64,000 nucleotides of DNA from Azolla caroliniana (GCA_043228905.1 JBHGNT010000004.1:21018001-21082000), one strand, 5' to 3'; positions 26,565 to 38,935 are shown, numbered from the stretch's first letter. Notes: generated by a model not told the origin, from the letters alone. Numbers and translations are program-made.

Positions 26565-27698
26565 TGTCGTAAAGATTCCCGGCCTTAGCGAGAAAATTGG
26601 GAATAATGGGAGCATCGGTGGGGTGCGGCGTGGGCACCCACCCTTGTGTATACATGCAAATAATAGGGGGCGCCAAAACATGAGTTAATTCGGGACAGAG
26701 GATCCCATGTATAGCAGAATTTATCCCACATTGTTACGCATCCCTCTCCTTGTTCTGTAAAAGGAAGGGAGCATCCCTTGTAAAAGGGTTCCTCATTTTT
26801 CAGGTTCCATAGGTTCCCATTTCTTGTATTTGGGTTCCATTTTTATTTTCTTTATAATAGAGTTTGTTTCCATTCTGTTTGTTTCTGTTAGGGTTTCGTT
26901 GTGTGAGTGTGTAGGTGGATGTGTTTAGTTGTGGTAGACAGTGCACAGGTTGTATTCACTCCTTTCTTTCTCTCTGTGTATGTTGTCTCCCCTTTCTCCA
27001 TCATCTGTGCGTGTGTCCTGGGTGTTGTCGCGGCGCCGACGTTCGCGACAAGCCGTGGGCTCGGCGGTTAGGTATCTTGTTTCCCTCTCTTGCATGTAGG
27101 ACCCCACTTGCACCGGTGAGCCCATGTGCTCCCGATAGGCGGCTTGGCGACGGGAGATGGTCATTTCTGGAAGAGAGGTGCCCTGCACGAGGATCCTCGT
27201 CACGCGAACAAGCCCGAGTGCTCCCCGACCAGTCCTAGGAAGCAGGCTCCCTCTCGCTCTTCATGTGGAACCGGCGTGACCACGAGCGTCGTGTGCATAT
27301 ATGTGTGTGTGTGTTTCCGGTTACCATAGGGTCCGAGGGCGGATGCATGCGTAGTTGCCAGTGTTGAGGTGCCTGTTGTAACCGGGTGTGTATATGTGTG
27401 TGTGCATGTACGCGGGCGCGTTTAACCGGGTCGTGACCCATGCCTCTTTTGAGGCCCTTGTACATGTGGGCATGAGGGCTACAAGGATACGCGCGCGTGC
27501 GCTCTCTTCCTTCAAGAGTACGGGTTGCTTCCGGGACACGTCCGCAACCGGCCGGTTCAGGCTTCCCCGAACACCATCCGGAACCGATCCGACTAACAAC
27601 GCGACAGGCTCTAGAGGATTCGGGTTTCCGGAAACTCCTCCCCTCTTGGTCCATGACCCCAGTGGTCCCACCTGGATCCGACATGGAAGCACGCGACA
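26565..27698 (+). mobile_element. Solo LTR (tRNA-Trp lineage, ~1.13 kb) inserted in pol of D
   Basis: TGTCGTAAAG...CGCGACA termini, TSD CCGG/CCAG, U5 motif TCCATGACCCCAGTGGTCCCACC. Confidence 0.85.
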
Positions 27699-28857
27699 CC
27701 AGCCGAGAGGATTTTTAGAAAGTTCTATCAAGGCGTGGGGTCGTGATAGTCTGAACGACCAAAACATACCCCACACCTGTACTAAAGGTAGGAAAATTTT
27801 GTTCTCCAACAACGGAGGTTGTACCATAACCGGCATTAGCGGCCGAGAAAGGAAACGAGCCGAGACACGCTTGAAGGCATGCGGAGCCTTGGGCCACGAT
27901 GAAAAGATTGGTGAAGTCGTGGAGGTGGTCTCGTTCGATGACACCCTTGGAGAAATCGAGAGGGTAGTCGAAGGAGGTCTAAGTGAAGATCGGGTCATAC
28001 CGGTGAACTCAGTCGAGATGTACGAAGTCATCGCGGACTTCGAAAGGGAGAAGAGGGCGCATCGGACTGCCCGAATAAACACCAAGTACAAGACTGTGGA
28101 CCGGAAGGTGAAGCCAGTCATGGCTCCCTTACCAGAGGGCAGTTGGGAATGAATAAAGGGGGTCACCACTGACCCCAGCTTGCGAGCTCCGGCCGGCATA
28201 GGACACCGTTTCACCAACAAAACACTGCGAGATCTGAAGATTGGTGGGGGTGGCTTCCTACTGCCGGCTGGAGAGGACCAGTTCAAGAGGACGCTCGAGA
28301 AGCACAGGAAAGCCTTCGCATTCTCACCGGAAGAGATCGAGTGCGTCGACCTAACCATGGTCGAACCGATCGTGATCTTTACAGTACCGCACGTGTCGTG
28401 GAGTCTCAAGCCGATCCAGGTACCAAGAGCTCATGTTCCGATGTTGATGGAGTTTCTTAAGCAGAAAGTGAAGATGGGCATCCTCGAACCATCGAGTGCC
28501 CCATACTCTAATCAATGGTTTACGGTACCGAAGAAGAACGGCACGCTGCGCTTCATTCAGGACCTCCAGCCGGTCAATTAAGTAACCATCTGCAATACGG
28601 AGTCGGACCGTCAATCGATGAGTTCGCGGAAGCCTTCGCTGGGAGATCCATATATTTAGTCGGAGATATGTACTCGGGGTATGACCAATTCCAACTGGCC
28701 GTCAAAAGCAGGGACATCACGACGATGCGGACCCCTCTCGGTTTGGTTCGGATGTGCACCCTACTGCAAGGAGGGACCAACTCGGTGGCACACATGGTGA
28801 GCGCAATGAACAAAGTCCTGAGGGATTGCATCCTGTCATGACGACATACATTTTGGC

Positions 28858-28926
28858 CTTACAAGGATTCGAGCCCAAAACGTCTTGGTCTATATGTTAG
28901 ACCTTTAACCATTATACTAACATATA
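28858..28926 (-). other. tRNA-like cassette in the LTR of F (second copy ~42639-42707)
   Basis: Minus strand: TAGTATAATGGTTA, then a GGTCT-7nt-AGACC anticodon-like arm, then GGGCTCGAATCC. Confidence 0.72.
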
Positions 28927-28979
28927 TGATGTATAGTTATAATAAATATATTATTAGTTATTACAAGACATTTAGAGTA

Positions 28980-29050
28980 TTCTAGAACATTCTAGAATAT
29001 TCCAGAACAATCTAGAACATTCTAGAATACTCCATAAGGACCTATAAATA
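28980..29050 (+). promoter_or_regulatory. Heat-shock-element array plus TATA box in the LTR of F
   Basis: About 10 alternating nTTCn/nGAAn units (TTCTAGAACATTCTAGAATATTCCAGAA...) ending ~15 bp before TATAAATA (29043). The array is expanded in the 3' LTR (~42760-42870). Confidence 0.75.
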
Positions 29051-29165
29051 GGTGTCTATTCATTCATCACAACTCATTCGGTTCAACACTAGTTTGTAAC
29101 CCCTTAGCCTACTTTTTGTAATCCTTGCTCTCTTATAATATAAACTCTCTTTCCATTTCTAGTGT

Positions 29166-29222
<57 letters not shown>
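29166..29222 (+). repeat. (CT)n microsatellite in R/U5 of the F LTR (shorter copy ~43017-43058)
   Basis: Directly visible. Confidence 0.95.
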
Positions 29223-29227
<5 letters not shown>

Positions 29228-29280
29228 TACCTTCTACTGTCATCTTATTTTTCTCTCTCCTATTCTCAAGTCACGACAGT

Positions 29281-29291
29281 TTGAACCGAAT
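29281..29291 (+). promoter_or_regulatory. Self-priming PBS of F
   Basis: TTGAACCGAAT is the exact complement of ATTCGGTTCAA (29076-29086), which lies ~33 nt after the TATA box. No TGG tRNA-type PBS. Confidence 0.82.
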
Positions 29292-31087
29292 TTATCTCTT
29301 TTCTTCTTCTCCAACTTCTTCTTCGTATCTTAACCTTATTCAACCAAATCTAGCAATTTTCTATCACATCTATGGAGTCCGTCAGCAAGCAAGAATATAT
29401 GCATGTTCTCTCCGAGCTCGAAATGCTAACAACCAAATTCGTGGCACTAGAGCATGAAAATCAAAGATTGTTGGGAGACCTACAACAAGTAAGTGCTGAG
29501 AAAGTACAACAATATGAAGAATTATCTCAACGGGTGCATCAATTGGAGACTACTCTATTGCAACGACAAGCGGCGGAAGTTCAAACCTCGCCGAAGGAAC
29601 CCAAGATTAGTCTGTCGGCCAAGTTTGACGGTACAAGGTCTCAATTTCATGGATTTTTAAATCAGGTACGGCTTGTGATTAAATTGCATCCTAGCTGTTA
29701 CCCAACTAATGTTGCTCGTGTGTGTCTAGTTGGTACCTTGTTAACGGGTACCACATTGGCGTGGTTTGCACCACTCCTAGAGAAGCACTCACCATTATTA
29801 GAAGATTTTGAAGGGTTTATTAATGAGTTCCAAGCCAACTTTGGAGACATTGATAGTATGAGGACTGCAATAAACAAAATTCGGCGATTATGACAAGGAG
29901 ATCGTCCTGCTTCCGCTTATGCTGCAGATTTTGGCCTTCTAGCATGTGATATTCCATGGGACGAGGCGGCATTAATGGACCAATTTTGTCAAGGTCTGCG
30001 CAATGATGTGAAGGATTTACTTCTTACCTTCCATGATGATCCAAAATCTCTTACTGAAGCAGTAAGCCGGGCCGTGCGATGTGACAATTGCTTATTTGAG
30101 CGGCGTTCTGAGCGCCAACAAATGTTACGTTTTCGACCAACAGAAACATATGCTTCAGTGGTTGCAACTCCACCCCAAGTATCAAAGTCAAGTGTGGTAG
30201 AAGGCCCTACTCCAATGGAAATCGAGACAACACGACGTCGAGGACCATTATCGGATGCTGAAAAGCAACGACGGCGAGCGAATCGTTTATGCCTCTATTG
30301 TGGTGGTCCAGGGCATATTGTTGTGAATTGTCCACATAACACATAAACCACGACGACAAGTTAACCAAGTAAGTGCTCATGACAATCCCATCTCAATTTC
30401 TGCCCCGCCTTCTCGTAACCCAAGTAGACCTAGTAGTCCCTGTCATAAAAATACATTTGATGTCTTGAGCCAATTAGATGATGTGTTAAACGAGTAAGTC
30501 CGGCCAAAATCGGAGCCATTTGGTTGGACAGCCCTAGGCATGTAACTTCCGTCCCTAGTTGTGGTTCCATTTCATCCAGTCAAGTTAGTCAAGTTTTCTC
30601 TGCACAAGTTGAGCTTAACACATCTAGGTGCCATCGAGTCCCAACTTCTGCCTTCTTAGACTCTGGAGCCAACTCTTGTTTCATGGATCGTGAGTTTGCT
30701 GTAATGCATAATATTCAGTTGCATAAGCTCTTATCAAGTTTTGAACTCTTGACACGACCATGTTATAATCTAGTATTATGAGTTAACCAAGATATCTAGT
30801 ACATAGTTATATATGCAATTGGTCCTTATTATTTTGCTAGCATCATGTGCATAGTTGCTCCCTTGTAGTATTTACACTTGGCACATGCATGCATACCTAC
30901 ATGCTCTATTGTAGATTCACATGCGTGCAACAAGTATGCATGCCATGTAGTATAAATAGAGGAGTTCACCTTGAAGGAATTCAAGGTGAACAACACCAAT
31001 TATGGAGTCTTTCCTTTAATACTATCTTCTTTCTTGTCCATTTGGTTATCTTCTTGCTTATCTCTTGAGCTTATGATCCGTGACAAT

Positions 31088-31098
31088 TTGTTCACCTT
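31088..31098 (+). promoter_or_regulatory. Self-priming PBS of G
   Basis: TTGTTCACCTT is complementary to AAGGTGAACAA (30983-30993), ~32 nt after TATAAATA (30951). Confidence 0.82.
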
Positions 31099-32058
31099 CC
31101 CATCCTCATAGCTCTCCCTCTCATAAGCCATAGCTATGTCCGACTCAACTAGTGAGTTAGGCCAAATAATGGTAGCCTTACGACAACTACAACTTGAAAA
31201 TGAAGCTCTTCGAAATTCTTTACAAGAACTTCAAGTCGGTACCTCCCTATCCTCACAACCCCCGAACCCTAGTCTCCCACAACAACCTAGCCTAGAGCCC
31301 GATCTTCTACCAACATCTAGCCTAGCTTCGTCACAGTTTCTTGAGCCTAAGGTTAGCCTCCCAGAAAAATTTGATGGAACGAGGTCACGTTTCCGAGGGT
31401 TCATCAACCAAGTTCGACTTATAATTCGGCTACAACCTCAACGTTGTCGTGCCTTTCGGCTCCGGATCGTTGCGTGAGTCGGGTGGGAACCGCCGAGGTT
31501 TTGGACTAGGAGAAAGAAGAATATGAGATGAGGCTAGTAATGAATAGATTATTAGAAAGAGAGATAGAAATCTCGTGAATCCCACGAGTGTATTGTATTC
31601 GATTAATCAATATTTAGATAAGAATATGTATTTAGATTGAAAGAAAGATATAAGAAACTTGTGAATCCCACAAGTATAATTATATTATTTTCGTGAATCC
31701 CACGATTATATTAATTGGTTGGTGTTTTCGGAAATATATCCAATTTCCAAATATTTCACACACCTATTACATTGTGCTCCCCATCCTTATGTAGTGATGG
31801 GAGAGACTAAGCATAGCTACATGCTTTTTTTCTAATATGTTCATGCACACTAAATGTGCATGTGATGCTTTTCTAATCCTTGCTTTTATTTGCTAAATAT
31901 AGTGCTCATGCACGCTAGATGTGCATGAGTCACTTTTTAGTCGCTTGCGTTTTTCTATAAAATATTCACGCACTCTAAAAATACATGATTTACCTTTTAA
32001 TAAAGGTAGGCGCAAATAAAGCACTTATAGTTATTAAATCTATTTATAGAACACTAAA

Positions 32059-32130
32059 GATAAGGTAGCATAATGGTAAAGTTGAGGTTTGGCTACGTGG
32101 AGGTACAGGGTTCAAATCTTGCCCTATGCA
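32059..32130 (+). other. tRNA-like cassette in the LTR of H (second copy ~34467-34538), antisense to the element
   Basis: TAGCATAATGGTA at 32066 and CAGGGTTCAAATCTTG at ~32106. Confidence 0.72.
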
Positions 32131-32188
32131 CGTGATAAATATCTTGATATATTATTTTATTTATTTATATGTAATTAAATCGGTTATA

Positions 32189-33835
32189 TTATTTTTTTAC
32201 TTTTTCACGTAGTGTACGAAATACACTACGACACTCGCCCCCTCCGAACCCGCACATCCTCCGGTATGTGCCGAAGTTGCCGATGCTCGTTGTCTCCCCT
32301 TCATCCTCCGTTTGTCCCGCTATGTCAACTTTGTCTCTCCATTTTGAGTAGACGCATTCTTTCCACCCGAACCATTGTCGCCATCCGATCCACCATATTC
32401 TTTGTTCATTCTTTGCATTGCCATGAGTGGTTGTCATGGTCCCTTGTGGTACTCTTGAGCATCTCGGTGTGTTGTCTCTCTCCACTCCGCGCTTGTCTTC
32501 CGTAGGTTCTACCCACGCGTCGATGTCGACCTCCGAATACGCGCTCGCTGTTAGGTCCTTGTGCGGCTTTAATGCATGCTTTATTTCTCGATGTTGCACA
32601 TGCGTCGTATTAGGCCGTAGCGCATGCTTCGTATTCCATCGTAGTGCATGCGCCGTATTACCCCGTAGTGCATACTTATTTTTGCACCGTAGCGCGTGCT
32701 TCTTTTTGCGCCGTAGCGTGTGCTTCTCTTTACGCCGTAGCACGTGCTTCTTTTGGTGCCGTAGTGCGTGCTCCGTATTACATACTTCTCCCATCGTAGA
32801 CCCGACCTTCGCGTTGTCATGCTTTTGTTTACATCGGAATTTCAGACGGATCATCTTCCATCCGAACCGGCTTCCGACTTTACCTTCCTTGTTGCCACCT
32901 CCCGTCTCTCCGGTCTCACGTTGGTTCTCGGACACAACCGCCGAAGTCTCTAGAATTAGTGGGTAGGAATCCTCGGTATTATCATCTTCCATTGTTTCAC
33001 CCATAGCCATGTTCTCCTTGGCTATCTCTCCTTCGTATGCATCGGCTTCGACCTTCGTTTCGTTGCCGCCACTTTCCTTATCTTCGGTGTTATGTCGACA
33101 CCCGGGCTCTAGTACCGAAGTCTCCGAAACAATGGTGAAGGAATCCCTTCGTTCGTGCTCATTTACTTTGTCTTCCTCGTTGCCCTTCCAGTCCTCCACT
33201 TTTCCACCGACACATTCCGTCTCTCCGGTCTCACGTTGGTGCACGGGCACAGCCGCCGAAGTCTCTGGAACCGGTGTGGGGATACCCTTTCGTCCTCGAT
33301 CTTCCTCCTCCTCGTCCTTTGTTGGCCTCGACTTTGGTTCGGTTTTAAGCTCCCCTTCAATGTCGACTTGCGACTTTTCATGCATCTCCAAACCCTTCCG
33401 CATCAAGCTCTCCTTCGGTGGTAGTCGGTGGCCGCTTTTCACCCACTGTTGACCACCGTTCGTGGACCATGTCCTCGTCCGCTTCGGTCTTAGATAGTCA
33501 TATGTGTCTCGTATAGCTTCTTCAAAGGACTCCCACATCGGGCTTTGTTGTCGTATCTCGTGGATTCTCTCTTGAAGCTCATCCGTAGCCACCCGGTTGA
33601 AAGATAACACTTGCAATCTTTCTGAGATACCATATCGCAACATCTCCATTTTGTAGTCACGTAGATAGCGTGACACGTCCTTTCCATCGAATTGCCCGTT
33701 CTGTTGCACGAGCCGTTGTACTACTGTCGTGATCTCCGACATCTCGCGTTGTTCTTGTAGCATTCTCTCGAACATCATCATCATCATGTTCATCGCCTCT
33801 TGTTGATTCTCCATCTCCTTGCCACCCGCCTTCAC
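32189..33835 (-). CDS. Intact ORF: truncated Gag plus acidic repeats and 8-aa HALR repeats
   Basis: 548 codons without a stop. GQFDGKDVSRYLRDY..WESFEEAI Gag motif; ETSAV..QRETGE motifs shared with element A. Confidence 0.78.
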   Translation of the reverse strand: MKAGGKEMENQQEAMNMMMMMFERMLQEQREMSEITTVVQRLVQQNGQFDGKDVSRYLRDYKMEMLRYGISERLQVLSFNRVATDELQERIHEIRQQSPMWESFEEAIRDTYDYLRPKRTRTWSTNGGQQWVKSGHRLPPKESLMRKGLEMHEKSQVDIEGELKTEPKSRPTKDEEEEDRGRKGIPTPVPETSAAVPVHQRETGETECVGGKVEDWKGNEEDKVNEHERRDSFTIVSETSVLEPGCRHNTEDKESGGNETKVEADAYEGEIAKENMAMGETMEDDNTEDSYPLILETSAVVSENQRETGETGGGNKEGKVGSRFGWKMIRLKFRCKQKHDNAKVGSTMGEVCNTEHALRHQKKHVLRRKEKHTLRRKKKHALRCKNKYALRGNTAHALRWNTKHALRPNTTHVQHREIKHALKPHKDLTASAYSEVDIDAWVEPTEDKRGVERDNTPRCSRVPQGTMTTTHGNAKNEQRIWWIGWRQWFGWKECVYSKWRDKVDIAGQTEDEGETTSIGNFGTYRRMCGFGGGECRSVFRTLREKVKK

Positions 33836-36800
33836 GTCGGGTTCACCAACTGTGTCGTGCCTTTCGGCTCCGGATCGTTGCGTGAGTCGGGTGGGAACCG
33901 CCGAGGTTTTGGACTAGGAGAAAGAAGAATATGAGATGAGGCTAGTAATGAATAGATTATTAGAAAGAGAGATAGAAATCTCGTGAATCCCACGAGTGTA
34001 TTGTATTCGATTAATCAATATTTAGATAAGAATATGTATTTAGATTGAAAGAAAGATATAAGAAACTTGTGAATCCCACAAGTATAATTATATTATTTTC
34101 GTGAATCCCACGATTATATTAATTGGTTGGTGTTTTCGGAAATATATCCAATTTCCAAATATTTCACACACCTATTACATTGTGCTCCCCATCCTTATGT
34201 AGTGATGGGAGAGACTAAGCATAGCTACATGCTTTTTTTCTAATATGTTCATGCACACTAAATGTGCATGTGATGCTTTTCTAATCCTTGCTTTTATTTG
34301 CTAAATATAGTGCTCATGCACGCTAGATGTGCATGAGTCACTTTTTAGTCGCTTGCGTTTTTCTATAAAATATTCACGCACTCTAAAAATACATGATTTA
34401 CCTTTTAATAAAGGTAGGCGCAAATAAAGCACTTATAGTTATTAAATCTATTTATAGAACACTAAAGATAAGGTAGCATAATGGTAAAGTTGAGGTTTGG
34501 CTACGTGGAGGTACAGGGTTCAAATCTTGCCCTATGCACGTGATAAATATCTTGATATATTATTTTATTTATTTATATGTAATTAAATCGGTTATATTAT
34601 TTTTTTTACTTTTTCACGTAGTGTACGAAATACACTACGACAACGTTATGGAGATGGTCTTCGACAAGTCGGCCTTGTGGGTACCCTTCTCTCCGGTCCG
34701 GCCCAAGCTTGGTTTGCACCATTGGTAGAAACCTCGTCACCTCTATTGGAGGACTTTCCCACCTTCCTCGCCGAGTTAGAGGCCACATTTGGTGAGATGG
34801 ACCGACGACGTACAGCTCTTAACAAGATTTATGCACTCGAACAAGGTTCACGTGCAGCTTCGGTCTATGCTTCAGAATTTCGACAACTAGCATGCGACGT
34901 GAATTGGGATGATCAAGCTTTAGCTGATCACTTTCGGCGCGGCCTTCGAAGCAATGTCAAGAATCTTCTCTTAAACTTTCCGAATCCCACCTCATTATCC
35001 CAAGCGATTTCACAAGCAGTCCATTGTGACAATCGTCTTTTCGAATTTCGCCAAGAAGAGCGCCGGACTTGGGTTCCACCTCATTCACTTCCACGCCATG
35101 CCCTGGTCATACAACCCCAGGCATCCTCACACTCGCCTACTTTGGCAGATGCTCCTGTCCCCATGGAAATTGATCAAGCCCGATTTCGGCCATTGACTGA
35201 TGTTGAATGACAATTTCGGCGGGTTAATGGCTTGTGCATGTATTGTGGCGCCTCCGTTCATGTCGTTCGCCATTGTCCTAGGAGTACTCGCCCACAATTC
35301 CATCGAGCTAACGGACCCCAACATCCGGAAAACGACATAGTTCGATTGCAGTAGGAGCCATGCAACTGGACATCTCCCGTCGCCCACATTCTCTTGGTTC
35401 CATTGCCGGACCATCAGGCAATTTCACATTGGAGGTATGGCTTTCGTTTAACTCTAGTTCCATTCAGTCTGTTGCTTTACTTGATTCTGGGGCATCTTCT
35501 TGCTTCATCGACGTTGCGTTTGCCCAAGCACATGGCGTACCTGTCGTTGGCCTCTCAAAACCCATTCCAGTTGAAGCCATCGACGGGTGCATCCTCTCGT
35601 CAGGTGCAATTACTCAAGCTACAATCCCATTAGGGCTTCGGGTGGGCTCACACCAGGAGGAGCTCGCCTTTTACCTCATCGCATCTCCTCGACATCCGAT
35701 CTTCTTAGGACTAACGTGGTTGGAGACGCACAATCCAATAGTGGATTGGTGCAACCGCTCGATCACATTTAGCAAGCCAAGATGCTCGTGCAAAAGTATG
35801 AAGGTAAATTCAGTTTCCAATCCTTCGGAGACGGTCGACCTCGAATTGACTACCCCATCATCGGTCCAGGATGGGTTTGTTTGTGGCGCCATTTCTAACA
35901 CACTCCATGTTATTCCCGAAAAATACCAACACTTCTCCGACGTATTTGAAAAATGTAATGTTGATCGTTTGCCTGAACACCGGCTCTACGACTATCCGAT
36001 TGATCTTCAAGAAGGTGTGTGTCCACCATTTGGTCCTCTATATGCGTTGTCTGCACCAGAGTTGAAGGCCCTTCGTGTGTATCTCGATGAGAACCTCGAG
36101 AAAGGATTTATTCAACCTTCTAAGTCACCAGCCGGGGCCCCCATTTTATTTGTGAAGAAGAAGGATGGCTCTCTACGCTTATGTGTCGACTACCGAGGTC
36201 TCAACAAACTCACTGTGCGCAACCGCTATCTGCTACCTCTGATCCCCGAACTCCTTGATCGGCTCCGAGTTGCGCGTGTCTTCTCCAAAGTTGATCTGCG
36301 TGGAGCGTACAATCTAGTACGCATCAAGCCGGGGGATGAATGGAAAACCGCATTTCGAATACAAGGTAATGCCTTTTGGTCTTACTAACGCTCCCGCAGT
36401 TTTTCAACATATGATGAACGATATATTCCGGGAATATCTTGATCTTTTTGTTGTCATTTACCTTGATGATATTCTCATTTTCTCGCCAAACATGGAGGAG
36501 CACACTCGCCAAGTCCGATTAGTTCTTGCCAAACTTCGTGAGCATGGCCTTTATGCCAAAGGCCAGAAATGCGAGTTCGACCGTACCTCGATCGAATTTC
36601 TAGGCTACATCATCTCGCCCACTGGCATCACCATGGATATGAAGAAGATCTCTGTCATTCAGGTGTGGGCGACTCCAAGGCGACTTAAAGATGTGCAATC
36701 CTTCCTCGGCTTCGCAAATTTTTACCGTCGCTTCATCAAGGGGTTTTCCACCCTAGCACAACCTCTTATCACTCTCACCCATAAAGGCACTCCATTTTTA

Positions 36801-38865
36801 TGGACCTCGGAGGCGCAAAATGCATTCGACTCACTCAAACACGCATTCATCACTGCCCCGGTGCTGCTACATGCCGACGCCACAAAACCCTTCCAAGTCG
36901 AAACCGATGCCTCTGACTTTGCCATTGGTGCCATCTTATCCCAAGCAGACGACAACAACCTAATGCACCCAGTGGCTTACTATTCCCGAAAATTTACGGC
37001 ATCCGAAATCAATTATCCCATTTACAACAAGGAGCTTGCTGCTATCATTGTTGCCTTTGAAGAATGGCGACCCTACTTGGCTGGCGCACAACATCCTGTC
37101 CAGGTAGTGACTGATCACAAAAATTTAGTTTATTTTTCCACCACTCGTACTTTGAATCGAAGGCAAGCCCGTTGGTCGACATTTCTCGCTAACTACGATT
37201 TTGAGATCGTATTTCGACCTGGTGGCCAACATGGGAAGGTTGATGCCCTTTCTCGCTGAGCTGACCTTGCACTCCGCCCTGGGGATGCTAGTTCTGCTCA
37301 ACAATCTAGACGTTTGTTGAAACCCGACCAATTGCATCTTTTTGCCACTTGTATGTTGCAGGATGATTCTTTACTCCAACAAATCACTGATGCATCCAAG
37401 ACCGATGCGTTCGCCAACAAGATTCGAGATAGTCTGCAAAACCCCTCCAAGGCGACCAAAAGGAAGGATCTTGACACCTTCACCATACAAGAGGGTTTGT
37501 TGTTCCGAGATCATCTCTTATACGTCCCAGAGGGCCCATGTTGCACCCGGGTGTTGCGGGAATGCCACGACGACCCACTTGCAGGTCATTTCGGGGTCGC
37601 GAAAACCCTCGAGCTAATCTCTCGGGGGTATTGGTGGCCACAACCATGGAAGTTGGTCAAAGAATACATAAAGAGTTGTGAGGTTTGTGCTCGCTCCAAA
37701 GCCATTCATCATCGGCCATACGGCTTACTATAGCCGCTTCCATGTCCTCGTCGTCCTTGGGCCTCTATCTCTATGGACCTGATAACTGATCTACCCTTGG
37801 TCAATAGCTATGGCTCGGTGTTGGTCGTTGTCGATCGGTTTACGAAGATGGCTCACTTCACTCCATGCTCCAAAACCATTTCAGGAGAAGGAATGGTGCA
37901 TCTACTACTCAACAATGTGGTACGCTTGCATGGACTCCCCCCGATGATGTCATCTCGGATCGCGGACCCCAGTTTGTCTCTCATTTCTGGCAGCGCCTGC
38001 TACAAACTTTAGGCATCTCTGTCAAGTTGTCCTCCGCTTATCACCCCCAAACTGACAGGAAAACGGAGCGTGTCAACCAAATCCTTGAGCAGATCCTTGA
38101 GCAGTATCTTCGGTGCTCGGTTAGTTACCAACAAGATGATTGGGTCAACTTACTTTCGCTCGCGGAATTCGCCTACAATAATTCTCTCCATGCATCGATT
38201 GGCGTCACTCCCTTCTTTGCCAACTATGGTTTACATCCTCGCTTCAACATTTCCCTTCCTACCACTTCCGTGAACCCTTCGGCTGAGGATCGCGCCCGCA
38301 TTTTGGAAGAACTATATCATGATTTATCCTTGGAGCTTAGTCTTGCTAGTGAACGATACAAGAAGCAGGTTGATCGCCATCGATCTTCCACTCCACACTT
38401 TGTCGTTGGAGACATGGTCTGGTTGTTACGTCGACACATCTCTACTACTCGTCCATGTGCGAAACTTGATTACAAGAAATTGGGACCATTCCGTATCATC
38501 GAGTGCATCAATTCCGTCGCCTTCCGGCTCGCCCTTCCATTCCACTTCCGGATTCACGATGTTTTTCATGTCTCCCTCCTCGAACCCCATTATGCTTCAC
38601 AACTCCCAGGACGTCAAGCCCCACCACCACCACCTGTGCAATTGACGACAGGGGAGGAATACGAGGTCGACCAAATCCTTGACTCGCATTGGCACCGTTG
38701 ACACTTGCAATACCTCGTCCTATGGAGGGGTTACCCCATGTCTGAGGCCACGTGGGAACCATCGGCAAATTTACAAAATGCCCCAGAGGTCATCCAAGAT
38801 TTTCATCACCGATATCCCCACAAACCAACGGCCGATTTGGGAAGGCGGCGTAGGAGGGGGGATAA

Positions 38866-38935
38866 TGTCAAGATTCGAACTCTTGACACGACCATGTTAT
38901 AATCTAGTATTATGAGTTAACCAAGATATCTAGTA
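38866..38935 (-). other. B-box hairpin and weak A-box at the very start of the G LTR
   Basis: Minus strand TGTCAAGA-GTTCGAA-TCTTGACA forms a perfect 8-bp stem. TAGATATCTTGGTTA lies upstream. Confidence 0.55.

Larger units (their letters stand above)
31445..34642 (-). mobile_element. Element H: very young non-autonomous gag-only LTR element (tRNA-Trp lineage) inserted in gag of G
   Basis: LTRs 31445-32233 and 33853-34642 look essentially identical. TSD ACGT, PBS 33831-33848, PPT GGAGGGGGCGAG. Removing it restores LQPQR|YGDG. Confidence 0.95.
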
